Under the pieces are notes generated by a model. It had not been told where the DNA came from, made no database searches, and worked only from the letters and a program-made list of their open reading frames with translations. A stretch of DNA of 36,308 nt from IMG/VR virus record IMGVR_UViG_2563366905_000008; one strand, 5' to 3'. Shown here one piece after another: positions 1 through 8,816 of this stretch. The stretch comes from a virus. Lineage: Duplodnaviria > Heunggongvirae > Uroviricota > Caudoviricetes. The stretch's first letter is position 1. Each line of letters opens with the position of its first letter. A program made the position numbers and the translations under genes.

Positions 1-906
1 ATGAAAATAATACTTCTGTTTTTAGCAGCCCTGGCAAGTTTTACCGTACACGCACAGCCCCCCTCACAGACCGTAGAACAAACAGTCCGGCATATTTATC
101 AGAACTATAAATCAGATGCCACTGCCCCTTATTTTGGTGAAACCGGAGAGCGAGCGATAACTTCTGCGCGTATTCAACAGGCGCTTACCCTGAACGACAA
201 TCTTACGCTGCCGGGCAATATTGGCTGGCTGGATTATGATCCGGTTTGTGATTGTCAGGATTTTGGCGATCTGGTGTTAGAAAGCGTAGCGATAACCCAA
301 ACTGACGCCGATCATGCCGATGCCGTTGTGCGCTTTCGTATCTTTAAAGACGATAAAGAAAAGACCTCGCAGACACTGAAAATGGTGGCGGAAAATGGTC
401 GTTGGGTCATTGGCGATATTGTCAGCAATCATGGCAGCGTCTTACAAGCGGTTAATAGCGAGAATGAAAAAACGCTGGCCGCTATAGCTTCGTTGCAAAA
501 AGAACAGCCGGAAGCCTTTGTTGCCGAACTCTTTGAACATATTGCTGATTATAGCTGGCCGTGGACGTGGGTGGTTTCCGACTCTTACCGCCAGGCGGTC
601 AATGCCTTCTATAAAACCACCTTCAAGACGGCCAACAATCCCGATGAAGATATGCAAATAGAACGGCAATTTATTTACGACAATCCGATCTGTTTTGGCG
701 AAGAGTCGTTATTTTCACGCGTTGATGAAATTCGAGTCCTGGAGAAAACCACCGATTCCGCCCGCATTCATGTTCGCTTTACGCTGACCAATGGCAACAA
801 CGAAGAGCAAGAACTGATTTTACAGCGGCGCGAAGGTAAGTGGGAAATCGCTGATTTTATCCGCCCGAACAGCGGCAGCCTACTTAAGCAGATTGAGGCA
901 AAATGA
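1..906 (+). CDS. Secreted/periplasmic protein of unknown function; probable host chromosomal flank
   Basis: 301-aa ORF starting at window position 1. N-terminus MKIILLFLAALASFTVHA looks like a Sec signal peptide. The two halves of the protein look like a duplicated domain (DYDPVCDCQDF... vs IYDNPICFGEE...). No phage hallmarks. Confidence 0.6.
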   Translation: MKIILLFLAALASFTVHAQPPSQTVEQTVRHIYQNYKSDATAPYFGETGERAITSARIQQALTLNDNLTLPGNIGWLDYDPVCDCQDFGDLVLESVAITQTDADHADAVVRFRIFKDDKEKTSQTLKMVAENGRWVIGDIVSNHGSVLQAVNSENEKTLAAIASLQKEQPEAFVAELFEHIADYSWPWTWVVSDSYRQAVNAFYKTTFKTANNPDEDMQIERQFIYDNPICFGEESLFSRVDEIRVLEKTTDSARIHVRFTLTNGNNEEQELILQRREGKWEIADFIRPNSGSLLKQIEAK

Positions 907-1100
907 TCAGACATGAGATAAATGAAGGGGAATCCGTGAGATAAATAACGAATTGGAGTGGGTTACCACGGGTTCTGGTGAACAAAACTGAAATTCTTTT
1001 CCGCTATACGATAGATAAGTCGGGCATTGAAATCATCCTTCCTGGCAACTTAGAATCGAGTTTGCTGAAACATGATCCGTAACAAAAAAGGATGATTCCA

Positions 1101-1253
1101 ATGGCCACTAACAATAACAAACGTGACACTTTTGACTCCAGTGAAAAGCCTGAGGGCCTGGTTGTTGCAACTGTCATCAACTCGCGCAAGAAAAAGAGTT
1201 CGTCAGACACATCAAACAAGCCAGAGCAATCGTCACTCAAAGATAAGAAGTAG
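1101..1253 (+). CDS. Small hydrophilic 50-aa ORF (MATNNNKRDTFDSSEKPEGL...KDKK), hypothetical
   Basis: ATG at 1101 preceded by AAGGA about 9 nt upstream; in-frame TAG at 1251-1253. Low-complexity, Lys/Ser-rich. Below the ORF-track size cut-off, so found by reading the sequence. Confidence 0.25.
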   Translation: MATNNNKRDTFDSSEKPEGLVVATVINSRKKKSSSDTSNKPEQSSLKDKK

Positions 1254-1271
1254 TGTTCATGCCTGATGGTA

Positions 1272-1895
1272 TTACCGACAAACTCGTCGGATATCAACTC
1301 TGGCAATCTGTTCTGCAGGTATATAGGTTGCCAGAGTTCCCCATCCGTCATCTGCCACACCACTATCGCATTCTGTCCAGATATTGCTCCCGACTGTAGT
1401 CCGGTGCGTGACGTATAAGATTATATCTCCCTTATTACCTAACGTGACAGGACCGTTAGGCCGTCCTGCAAATCGCCCGGGTGCTCGTGAAAGTAAAACA
1501 GAGCCATCCTTAAGATATACATAGATTTCAGAAAAAGTGAAATCCATCTGATTGAACAATGACTGCCATGCTGAGCTGGTGTCATCAGACCACGAAATAT
1601 CATGATTCCACAGGAATCTGTACATCCATTTGCGACCGTATCTGCGCCACAATGCACCGTAAATAAAAGCGCAAAGAAGCGCTGGTGGTGTCGCAAGCCA
1701 CGAATTCAGACCTGCCCACATAACAGCCTGGTAAACCATCATTGACAGCAGGCCAAAAATCAGCGTCGTAAATGTCACCTCGATGGGCTTGTGATGGTCT
1801 TTCAGGCCCACGTTCGCAATAAAATAGCCGATGTATCCACTGGTCAGTGTCACCAGTGTTGCCCACGGCAGATTCAGCAGGGATGCATCAAACAT
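1272..1895 (-). CDS. Membrane protein, three N-terminal TM helices plus ~110-aa soluble C-terminal domain; possible prophage-edge cargo or host gene
   Basis: Track ORF 1272..1925; I place the start at the ATG at 1895 (MFDASLLNLPW...) because GGAGG sits 4-5 nt upstream. Hydrophobic segments at roughly residues 8-30, 44-64 and 75-95 of that product. Confidence 0.55.
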   Translation of the reverse strand: MFDASLLNLPWATLVTLTSGYIGYFIANVGLKDHHKPIEVTFTTLIFGLLSMMVYQAVMWAGLNSWLATPPALLCAFIYGALWRRYGRKWMYRFLWNHDISWSDDTSSAWQSLFNQMDFTFSEIYVYLKDGSVLLSRAPGRFAGRPNGPVTLGNKGDIILYVTHRTTVGSNIWTECDSGVADDGWGTLATYIPAEQIARVDIRRVCR

Positions 1896-1920
1896 ATTTC
1901 CTCCGGTGATATGCTTTTCC

Positions 1921-1962
1921 TGCAAGAATAAAAAAAGCGCAACAGGTTATCCATTGCGCTTT
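1921..1962 (-). terminator. Intrinsic terminator for minus-strand early transcript
   Basis: Perfect 9-bp stem AAAGCGCAA (1934-1942) / TTGCGCTTT (1954-1962) with 11-nt loop. On the minus-strand RNA it is followed by UUUUUUAUUCUU. Lies between the Cys-rich ORF and the membrane protein gene. Confidence 0.5.
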
Positions 1963-1990
1963 CTGAAAAACAGATATTTATTAAAGGGCA

Positions 1991-2233
1991 TTAATCCCTG
2001 GGTGGCGGGCTGTCACCAGTCAGACCTTTCCTGCAGTTCAGTACACACTTACCATTATTATCCAGGGAAAGGGATGCCCGATTAATTGCCTGTTCACATT
2101 TATGCAGAATTTCTCGTGCCCTGGCAACAGACAAACCGCAAAGGTGATGCCTGATAATGTCTTCTGCCACTTCTGTGCTGTCAGGTTCACTGTAAGCGAT
2201 ACAACCACGTAACCCACAGTTGCGCATAAACAT
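1991..2233 (-). CDS. Small Cys-rich protein (80 aa), hypothetical; last gene of early operon
   Basis: ATG at 2233 with GGAGG 4 nt upstream, directly after the mor stop. Six Cys residues. Followed by the terminator at 1921-1962. Confidence 0.5.
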   Translation of the reverse strand: MFMRNCGLRGCIAYSEPDSTEVAEDIIRHHLCGLSVARAREILHKCEQAINRASLSLDNNGKCVLNCRKGLTGDSPPPRD

Positions 2234-2251
2234 AAAGCCTCCGCGTTATAA

Positions 2252-2638
2252 TTAATCCCGGTCGTCATCCGGTTCGTCATCGTCTTCAAATAACTGCCCC
2301 TGTAACCGGCTGATTTCTTCTTTTCTTACACGCTTCACCACGCTGTAGACCCACTGAAGCGAAACACCAAATTTGCGGGCCAGTTCGTGGTGGTTGCGTC
2401 CGTTAAACTCCCTGAAGATTTCCCGGTCGCGCTGACTGACCTTCCATACCATGCCCATCGGAAAATAAACGTTTTGCCCGCCCCAGACCTGCATCATGCG
2501 GTTCGCGACGGCCTGACCAATCTGGTCGGCAACTTCGGGCTCAATATCAATAATCTCGCGAACGGTCTCAGAGGTATGCTGTGCCAGTTCCACCAGGAGT
2601 TCCGGCCCTTTACTTCGAAACTGATTCAGGTCGCTCAT
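2252..2638 (-). CDS. mor: Mor/C-family transcriptional activator (Mu middle operon regulator-like)
   Basis: 128 aa; C-terminal HTH region REIFREFNGRNHHELARKFGVSLQWVYSVVKR and acidic tail typical of Mor/C proteins; sits after the GemA-like gene as in Mu. Confidence 0.75.
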   Translation of the reverse strand: MSDLNQFRSKGPELLVELAQHTSETVREIIDIEPEVADQIGQAVANRMMQVWGGQNVYFPMGMVWKVSQRDREIFREFNGRNHHELARKFGVSLQWVYSVVKRVRKEEISRLQGQLFEDDDEPDDDRD

Positions 2639-3059
2639 GTTTGACTCCCGCAGCTCTGTGCTGCCACTTCTTCAGTTTCTCAATAACACTGCTTGCCTGT
2701 TCAGTACTGAGCCAGCGCAGGGCGCTGATGCCCGTTTCCCGCTTGATCCACCTCGCTAATGCATTTTCTGAACGGTCACGAACAATGCCGGCAGCAGCCA
2801 TTTCAAGCCATAGCGCACGAATTTTCCTGGACTGCGGATGGTTATCCAGCGGTAAACCGGAGCTGGCTTTTCTGGCTGGTTTAACGCGAAAGCCTTTCTT
2901 TTTCATGGATTCCAGCACGCAGTTTAGTTGTGTGGTATCCATTCCTTTGGTTGAGGCTTTACCGGTCAGCCCCTGTAACATCTGGCGGTAGGTGTCTTCA
3001 TCCATACCCAGTTCATTACGGGCAATATGGATAAGCTGTATCAGGCGTTTTTTCTGCAT
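2610..3059 (-). CDS. gemA: GemA-like protein (Mu gp16 / DUF1018-like)
   Basis: 149 aa; N-terminus MQKKRLIQLIHIARNELGMDEDTYRQML matches the GemA-family pattern as I recall it; positioned immediately upstream of mor. Confidence 0.65.
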   Translation of the reverse strand: MQKKRLIQLIHIARNELGMDEDTYRQMLQGLTGKASTKGMDTTQLNCVLESMKKKGFRVKPARKASSGLPLDNHPQSRKIRALWLEMAAAGIVRDRSENALARWIKRETGISALRWLSTEQASSVIEKLKKWQHRAAGVKHERPESVSK

Positions 3060-3060
3060 A

Positions 3061-3267
3061 TCATCTCCTTTTTTTCAGTCTGTCGGCAACAATGTCGGTT
3101 GCAGCTGGCAGGGTGACTGGCCAGAACAACATGACGGCGGTCATGTACAGGATGTAATGCGCGGTGTCGTAGTGCCTGCCATAGCCCAGGGAACGATGAA
3201 GTCTTGCGCTGCATGATCCTGCGTACATATACCAGAAAAGAAAACAGACAATGGTTTCAGTAGTCAT
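3061..3267 (-). CDS. Small membrane protein (68 aa), hypothetical
   Basis: Internal ATG at 3267 of track ORF 3061..3423, preceded by GGGGAGG about 8 nt upstream. Product MTTETIVCFLFWYMYAG... has two hydrophobic helices. Confidence 0.45.
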   Translation of the reverse strand: MTTETIVCFLFWYMYAGSCSARLHRSLGYGRHYDTAHYILYMTAVMLFWPVTLPAATDIVADRLKKRR

Positions 3268-3487
3268 TCTGAATACCTCCCCATTCGATATGAATATTAC
3301 GGGCAGCAATGACAGGGTCGTTATTCCACCATGCACCTGACATGTATTTTTCAACCTGTTCGCGTCCGGCAATAACACCAATTGTGATCCCCGGCCTGAC
3401 GTTCTTAAAAAAGGCGCGGGCAAAAAGGTATCTGGCAGATATTCGGCAGGCTTTTAATTTCCGGCTTTTACCTGATAGCGTAATCAT
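3257..3487 (-). CDS. Hypothetical early protein (76 aa)
   Basis: ORF tightly packed between neighbouring early genes on the same strand. Confidence 0.4.
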   Translation of the reverse strand: MITLSGKSRKLKACRISARYLFARAFFKNVRPGITIGVIAGREQVEKYMSGAWWNNDPVIAARNIHIEWGGIQNDY

Positions 3488-4167
3488 CTGGCCTCCAGTT
3501 TCTGTTGTGCCTGCCCACTGACCGGGCGGTGCAGTCTGACGTTCTGCCCTTCACGAAACCCCGCATAGCGCGAGGCGTCGCCATTGCGGCTTCTTCCCGG
3601 TTTACGCGCTCTGGTGGTTTGCGTTTGCGGGTATTTATGTTCCAGCCACTGCTGCATCAGTTCACGTTCGTCATCGGTCAGGGCGAAGGACTGTATTTCA
3701 CTGATAACGGCCAGCACCCAGCCTTCAGCAAACTGGTCACCACGGCTGGTACGGGTGGCAGTTTTTATTCTTTTGTTCTGTGTGCTGATATACTGCTGAC
3801 GCGCCTTTTTCAGCTGACGGGCCAGCACTTCCCAGGTGTATGCAGCCAGTGCCGCACGTTCCCGGTTGCCGTAGAACCCCACACCCGGATATGTGCCGGG
3901 GTGAATGATGGAGTTAACACCAAATGCCTCGCGGATGATGTTCATCAGGCCCAGCATGTAGCGCGGTGGACGGAGACTGCCTGTCGGCCAGTAATGACTG
4001 ATGGTTTCATCAATATCACTCATGGCAATGTCGGAATGTGTGATGCCGTGAACATCCATCAGTTTACGGGCACGGCGCAGTGCCAGAGCGGCCTCGTGTG
4101 GGTTGCCGGATGCGGCCAGCGCCAGCAACTTTTTCAATTTCTCAATGTGTTTATTCTGGTCTGTCAT
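3484..4167 (-). CDS. Hypothetical early protein, possibly DUF2786-like
   Basis: 227 aa; N-terminal KLKKLLALAASGNPHEAALALRRARKLM motif; stop overlaps next gene start (ATGA-type coupling). Confidence 0.6.
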   Translation of the reverse strand: MTDQNKHIEKLKKLLALAASGNPHEAALALRRARKLMDVHGITHSDIAMSDIDETISHYWPTGSLRPPRYMLGLMNIIREAFGVNSIIHPGTYPGVGFYGNRERAALAAYTWEVLARQLKKARQQYISTQNKRIKTATRTSRGDQFAEGWVLAVISEIQSFALTDDERELMQQWLEHKYPQTQTTRARKPGRSRNGDASRYAGFREGQNVRLHRPVSGQAQQKLEAR

Positions 4168-4469
4168 TGTTCAGTATCTCCGGTGTACATGACGCCCAGC
4201 CGTGCGGCAAGGCGTTCCAGTTTTTTCTGTTTGTGGAAGTCAATCAGCCGGCCCATCCCCTGAAGGCGCAACTGCTCTGTCATGATTTCCAGGTCTGCCA
4301 GCTCTGCCGCGAGGTCACTTTCGCTGCCCTGTCCGTTCAGGTTGCGGGCGGCACTGGCCGCCAGTTCAGCGGCCTCTTCTGTCAGTTTCAGGGCCTGTGC
4401 GTCCGGCCCGAAACGCTGCAGGGCCAGACGATAGAGGGCAGTGCGTGTGAGTATGGTGTTCCGTGTCAT
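4164..4469 (-). CDS. MazG-like nucleotide pyrophosphohydrolase domain protein (101 aa)
   Basis: Two acidic helix motifs, LTEEAAELAAS and SDLAAELADLEIMTEQL, resembling the EExxE/ExxD metal-binding motifs of all-alpha NTP pyrophosphohydrolases. Confidence 0.5.
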   Translation of the reverse strand: MTRNTILTRTALYRLALQRFGPDAQALKLTEEAAELAASAARNLNGQGSESDLAAELADLEIMTEQLRLQGMGRLIDFHKQKKLERLAARLGVMYTGDTEQ

Positions 4470-4478
4470 ACCGCGCCC

Positions 4479-4751
4479 TCAGTGCTTCCGGTCAACAATG
4501 ATGTGCAGATCGCCTTCTGCAGTGATTTCCATCCGGTACGGCACCTCGTGCTCTGCCGCGTGGGTGAGTGTGTTCACCAGTATCTGCAGGGCGGCCTCCT
4601 TTCCGTTAGTCGCCACAATGGCCTGCGTGGCCATGCTGATTAACGCCGTCAGGGCGCACATGATATCGGTGAGGTCACGGCATTCACACTCGTTGAGGTA
4701 CCGTTCAACAAGGGCGCGGGCGCGCTGATGTGCTTCCTGTGGGGTAATCAT
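4479..4751 (-). CDS. Hypothetical early protein (90 aa)
   Basis: ORF in the early operon with 4-nt overlap to the upstream gene. Confidence 0.5.
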   Translation of the reverse strand: MITPQEAHQRARALVERYLNECECRDLTDIMCALTALISMATQAIVATNGKEAALQILVNTLTHAAEHEVPYRMEITAEGDLHIIVDRKH

Positions 4752-4942
4752 TGCGCGTCCTCCCTGTCCGGGCGTGAGAACTCCATAACGGGCACATCTG
4801 CCGAAAAATGCTGGCTGCAGTACGGGCAGACCAGGGTGACGCGTACCGCAGGGATGTGGTATTTACCGGACATCACGGCGATGGCGCTGTGAAAACGCAG
4901 GGTTGTAATATCTCTTTCGCACTGAATACATTTAAATATCAT
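4748..4942 (-). CDS. Zinc-ribbon protein (64 aa), hypothetical
   Basis: CxxC ... CxxC arrangement (CIQC ... CPYC); AGGAG RBS upstream of ATG at 4942. Confidence 0.5.
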   Translation of the reverse strand: MIFKCIQCERDITTLRFHSAIAVMSGKYHIPAVRVTLVCPYCSQHFSADVPVMEFSRPDREDAQ

Positions 4943-5036
4943 GATGAATTCTCCTGTTTCCGGCGTGCAGAAGCCCGCGGCGCTGACGCCGGAATAAAAA
5001 AGAAAATGTTTTTATTAAATAATTAACGTGGTGTGT

Positions 5037-5567
5037 TTACTGCACATCCTGCTCAAAAGGAATTATTGAAAAATCCTCAATATCGCTTTTTATGGTAATA
5101 CCGGGAATATTTTTCACGGCCTCTTTTTCATTCAGGATGGCGTCTTTATTTATTTCCTCTTTTACACGAATAAAGCGCTCAAGCCCCAGACGTCTCAGTA
5201 GTTCAATAACATTATCCGCTCCGCGAATGCTGACTGACGGCGGACGGTTTCGCCACTGCACCTCGCCGGTGGTGAGGTTAGCAAACTTCACCTTCCCGTT
5301 GCCGGTCAGTTCATCACGGTGTGCCTCACACCATGTCTGAATACCGGACTGCAGTTCGGCCATGCGTTTTTTCAGGCTCTCGGTGAGCGGGGCATAACGT
5401 GCGGTGATATCGCCAATGGCGTCATTCATTTCTGTTTCAGCCCTGACCAGTTCACGTTGTGCGTCACCGAGCAGTCTGATGCCCTCAATGACCTCTTCGC
5501 GTGTCCCTGGTACCCAGAGTGCCGCTGCGGACTTGATACGTTTTGCCCCTTTTGTACTTTTTGCCAT
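5037..5567 (-). CDS. gam: Gam-like host-nuclease inhibitor / DNA end-binding protein
   Basis: 176 aa; long stretches match Mu Gam as I remember it (RIKSAAA, ETEMNDAI, WCEA.RDELT, RPPSVSIRG, ERFIR, DFSIIPFEQ). Confidence 0.85.
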   Translation of the reverse strand: MAKSTKGAKRIKSAAALWVPGTREEVIEGIRLLGDAQRELVRAETEMNDAIGDITARYAPLTESLKKRMAELQSGIQTWCEAHRDELTGNGKVKFANLTTGEVQWRNRPPSVSIRGADNVIELLRRLGLERFIRVKEEINKDAILNEKEAVKNIPGITIKSDIEDFSIIPFEQDVQ

Positions 5568-5594
5568 ATTTTATGATTTCTCCGGTTATGCTGA

Positions 5595-5864
5595 TTACCA
5601 CAAAGATTCCGGCCACACGACGCGACAGCCGTGCAGTTCGAAAACGCCCTGACGGAAACGTCCCCTGTTGTCATGTCCGGTATACAGATAACAGGCCTTT
5701 CCCTGCTCAAGCATGCGCATGCAATGCGCACTCCGGGAAACGCGGATGACAGGTTTGTTACCCCTGATGGTGATGCTTTGTACATCCGTGTTCGTCGCCT
5801 TAAGCGCCATAATGGCTGACTGCACTTTGCTGATTTGCTGGTTGATACCTGTGGTGGATTTCAT
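5595..5864 (-). CDS. Hypothetical early protein (89 aa)
   Basis: ORF immediately downstream of the B gene on the same strand. Confidence 0.45.
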   Translation of the reverse strand: MKSTTGINQQISKVQSAIMALKATNTDVQSITIRGNKPVIRVSRSAHCMRMLEQGKACYLYTGHDNRGRFRQGVFELHGCRVVWPESLW

Positions 5865-5866
5865 TA

Positions 5867-7033
5867 TTAAACCCCTTTGACAACGTCAGCGTTGACCTGT
5901 GGAACCCCGATTTCAGCGGCCAGATTCATGGCGGCTATTACCAGGTTACTGACGGCCAGCGGATACAGCAGGCTGACCATATTTTTACGATGACTTCCCG
6001 GATTGCTCAGGCGGGCGCGTATGGCATCCACTGCGCTGGCGTCCATAATGTCCGTCAGTTGTTTACCGGCCCGTTGCAGTTTGAACGTCAGAAACTCTTC
6101 AAGGTTATTGTCCAGAGGCAGAAGTTCGACCACCTCACAGCGCTGAACGACTTCACGGACTTCCATATTGCGTTCAGACAGTTTTGTCGCCAGTTCCGGC
6201 TGGCCAATCAGCACGATGGACAGCAGTTTTTTGAAACCGGACTCCAGCTCAAAAAAGCGTTTGAGGTGTTTCAGTGTCGGAATAGGCAGACTGTGGGCCT
6301 CCTCAATCACCAGAACGTGGCTGAACCCCGCCTGGCTGCTGTCTTTCAGGACGCGATGCAACTGGCGAAAGCGGGCGTCCTGACTGCGTCTGATGCTTTC
6401 CAGTGGTGCGATGGTACTGATAATGGCTTCGGCAATCGCTGCTGCCTTCAGGGTTTTCCCTTTCACATCGTTGTCTTCCATAGCGATGATGTATGGCTCG
6501 ATAACAATTACCGGCGCATTCTCGCGGTTGATACGTTCAGTCAGGTCGCGGCGCAGCGTGGATTTACCCGCACCGGACTCACCGATGACGGCCATAAACC
6601 CACCATGACGGGCTGTCTGGTACAACGCCTCACGCACGTAGCGAATGTCCGGGGTGGTGAACACATCATCAGAACCCTGCATGGCTTCGTCGGCGAACGG
6701 GTCACGGAAAAGACCAAACGCTTTTTTGGTTGCCGGGAATAACACCTGTTTTTTGAGTAACATATTCTCTTCCTCACTGAGGCTCGTTTTATCTGTGGTA
6801 CCCGCTGTACGGGGCGTGGTCGCGCCCTGTACAGCATCAAAACTCTTCGCTGTATCAATCCCCTGACTTTCCAGCCAGGACGCAAGACGCCGGCGCACTT
6901 CTCCGGGGCTGGTGCGGGGCCACGCGTTATGATTCACAATCTGGGCCAGCGTGGCCTCAGAAACATCGACAGCTCTCGCCACCACCGCCTGTGGAATACG
7001 GGCCTCTTTCAGTTGCTGCTTCAGTACCAGCAT
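5867..7033 (-). CDS. Transposition ATPase (Mu B-like AAA+ protein with N-terminal HTH)
   Basis: Walker A GESGAGKST and Walker B VLVIEEAH. I place the start at the ATG at 7033 (MLVLKQQLKEA...), which has GGAGG upstream and sits just after the transposase stop. Confidence 0.85.
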   Translation of the reverse strand: MLVLKQQLKEARIPQAVVARAVDVSEATLAQIVNHNAWPRTSPGEVRRRLASWLESQGIDTAKSFDAVQGATTPRTAGTTDKTSLSEEENMLLKKQVLFPATKKAFGLFRDPFADEAMQGSDDVFTTPDIRYVREALYQTARHGGFMAVIGESGAGKSTLRRDLTERINRENAPVIVIEPYIIAMEDNDVKGKTLKAAAIAEAIISTIAPLESIRRSQDARFRQLHRVLKDSSQAGFSHVLVIEEAHSLPIPTLKHLKRFFELESGFKKLLSIVLIGQPELATKLSERNMEVREVVQRCEVVELLPLDNNLEEFLTFKLQRAGKQLTDIMDASAVDAIRARLSNPGSHRKNMVSLLYPLAVSNLVIAAMNLAAEIGVPQVNADVVKGV

Positions 7034-7043
7034 GTTTCCCTCC

Positions 7044-8813
7044 TCAGTTGCCGTTAACAATGCTGATAACACTGCTGCGGGCCGGTGTGGTCAGCGTGGC
7101 CATGACTTCATCCAGTGCGGCTTCCGGTACGCCGTCCGGGTACTGTGCCGTTAACTGGCGGTAATGTTCCGGCGTCCAGGTAAGGCCGTCGGCGCTGAAC
7201 TTATCGCGCAGGGCTTTCGCGGCCTCCACATGAGTCATGGGACGTTGTTCAGTGCGCGGCCCGCGTACGTCAGAGGCCTGACCACGCTTCGGCATATAGG
7301 CCGGAAGTGTGGTGTCGTCGATATGTTTATACGGGTCAAGCTGCCCGCCGAACGGCAGCGCCTTCGCCTTGCGTGCGGCGGCTGCATCTGCGGCGTTGTC
7401 TGTACCGGTAACCAGCGCTTCGGTTTCTTTTGCCGCCATCTGTGCCGGGGTTTCCGGCAGGGCTTTGTAACTTTCGCCAAATACCGCCGCGCCTTCAGCA
7501 AAGCCAAACTCGTTCTTTCTGACCTCTTCGACCAGGAAGAACGTCTCGTGGCCGTCCTCACCGGTCAGAACCACCTGTGCCACATCGCTGCGCCACGGGT
7601 TACGGGTAATCATCAGTTTTTCACCGACCAGTACGTCAGGTACCGTTGATACGTCAAATTCAGTGCCCCGGAACGAGACACGAAGTTTTGGCGTGACTTT
7701 GCGGAGTTCTGGTGCCGCCACAGCCAGTTCACGGCATACCTCAACGGAAGGCGCTTTTTTCAGCTGCTCAGCAGTAATCTTCAGCCAGATATCCGTGCGG
7801 GTTTTACCGTGGCGGCTGTGAACAGCCGTGGCGTTAAAGTGGCTGCGCCATTTCGCGGCCAGCGCGTTGAGTTCTTCCAGACTGTGAACCGGCCGGAACT
7901 TCAGACCCGGCTCCAGCTTGCGTTCGATAATGTCACGCGCCTTTTCCACCTGTCCGGTGGCGCGGGCGTTATGCGGCTTGTGCGCTATCAGGTCGATGCC
8001 CAGTGAGCGGCACATGTTTTTCGTCATACCCGCGGTGTTTGCCGAGCCGGGGTCGAGATAGAGTATTTTCGGCACGCCGTGCAGCACGTCTGCGCCGCCA
8101 CGCTCCTGCATGGCGTTGATAAGCACAGAACACAGGTTCTCACCGGATTCCGCGCCCGTCACATACTCAACGTAAATCCAGCCGCTGGCATGGTCGGTAA
8201 TCTCGTAACTCCACACGCGGTCACTGGCGATACGGGCAAGGTTAGCGGGCTTGTTCTTGTAGAACTTCGCGCTGTCCATCACCTGCAGCCCTTTATGTCC
8301 ATTGCTCAGGTAGTAAAGCGTGCAGAGTGAGGCGTCAATCTGCCAGACATGATTGGGATGCAGACTGGCCACTTCGGTATGCGGCGCAGGGGCATCCAGT
8401 TGTTCCGGGTGCAGGCCATAGTTACGCAGGGCACGACTGATGGCATCTTCGGACAACGGGAAAAACTCACCGGTGGTTTCATCTGTTCTGCCTGCGGTGA
8501 TAAAGCCGTTAGCCCGCAGGGTTTCCACTGCATCTGCGATGGAATAGAGACGCTTACCGTTCTTGCGGGTGGCCTCACGCAGTGTGGCAGATATCAGCGC
8601 GGCTTCGTCGCGGGTCAGGGCGCTGCGCCCGGCATCGGCGCGTTTTTTGCGTTTATCAGTCACAGAGACCTCCTTCAGCCTGCGCAGCAGAGTGGCGCGG
8701 GACATGCCAAGTTCAGCACAGGCAGCGTCATATATTGCACCGCGTTTACCATGCCCCGCGTCACGTGCCGCGCGGGCGACATAAACCAGTCGTTCAGTCA
8801 GGGCAGCATTCAT
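7044..8813 (-). CDS. Mu-type DDE transposase (A protein)
   Basis: 589 aa; N-terminal HTH (GMSRATLLRRLKE); integrase-core motifs VWQIDAS, LYLDPGSANT and QVEKA; GGAGG RBS. Confidence 0.9.
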   Translation of the reverse strand: MNAALTERLVYVARAARDAGHGKRGAIYDAACAELGMSRATLLRRLKEVSVTDKRKKRADAGRSALTRDEAALISATLREATRKNGKRLYSIADAVETLRANGFITAGRTDETTGEFFPLSEDAISRALRNYGLHPEQLDAPAPHTEVASLHPNHVWQIDASLCTLYYLSNGHKGLQVMDSAKFYKNKPANLARIASDRVWSYEITDHASGWIYVEYVTGAESGENLCSVLINAMQERGGADVLHGVPKILYLDPGSANTAGMTKNMCRSLGIDLIAHKPHNARATGQVEKARDIIERKLEPGLKFRPVHSLEELNALAAKWRSHFNATAVHSRHGKTRTDIWLKITAEQLKKAPSVEVCRELAVAAPELRKVTPKLRVSFRGTEFDVSTVPDVLVGEKLMITRNPWRSDVAQVVLTGEDGHETFFLVEEVRKNEFGFAEGAAVFGESYKALPETPAQMAAKETEALVTGTDNAADAAAARKAKALPFGGQLDPYKHIDDTTLPAYMPKRGQASDVRGPRTEQRPMTHVEAAKALRDKFSADGLTWTPEHYRQLTAQYPDGVPEAALDEVMATLTTPARSSVISIVNGN

Positions 8814-8816
8814 TGG

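Noticed and set aside
1004-1363. 119-aa minus-strand ORF overlapping the 3' end of the membrane protein gene
   Set aside because: Overlaps a better-supported gene in another frame and has no RBS; the region is more likely non-coding or encodes the small plus-strand ORF.
3505-4643. Plus-strand ORFs of 252 and 187 aa antisense to early genes
   Set aside because: Cys/His-rich products typical of antisense reading of GC-rich coding DNA; they overlap tightly coupled minus-strand genes with good RBS.
5990-6742. 250-aa plus-strand ORF antisense to the transposition B gene
   Set aside because: Lies inside a gene with clear Walker A/B motifs on the other strand; no RBS and low-complexity product.
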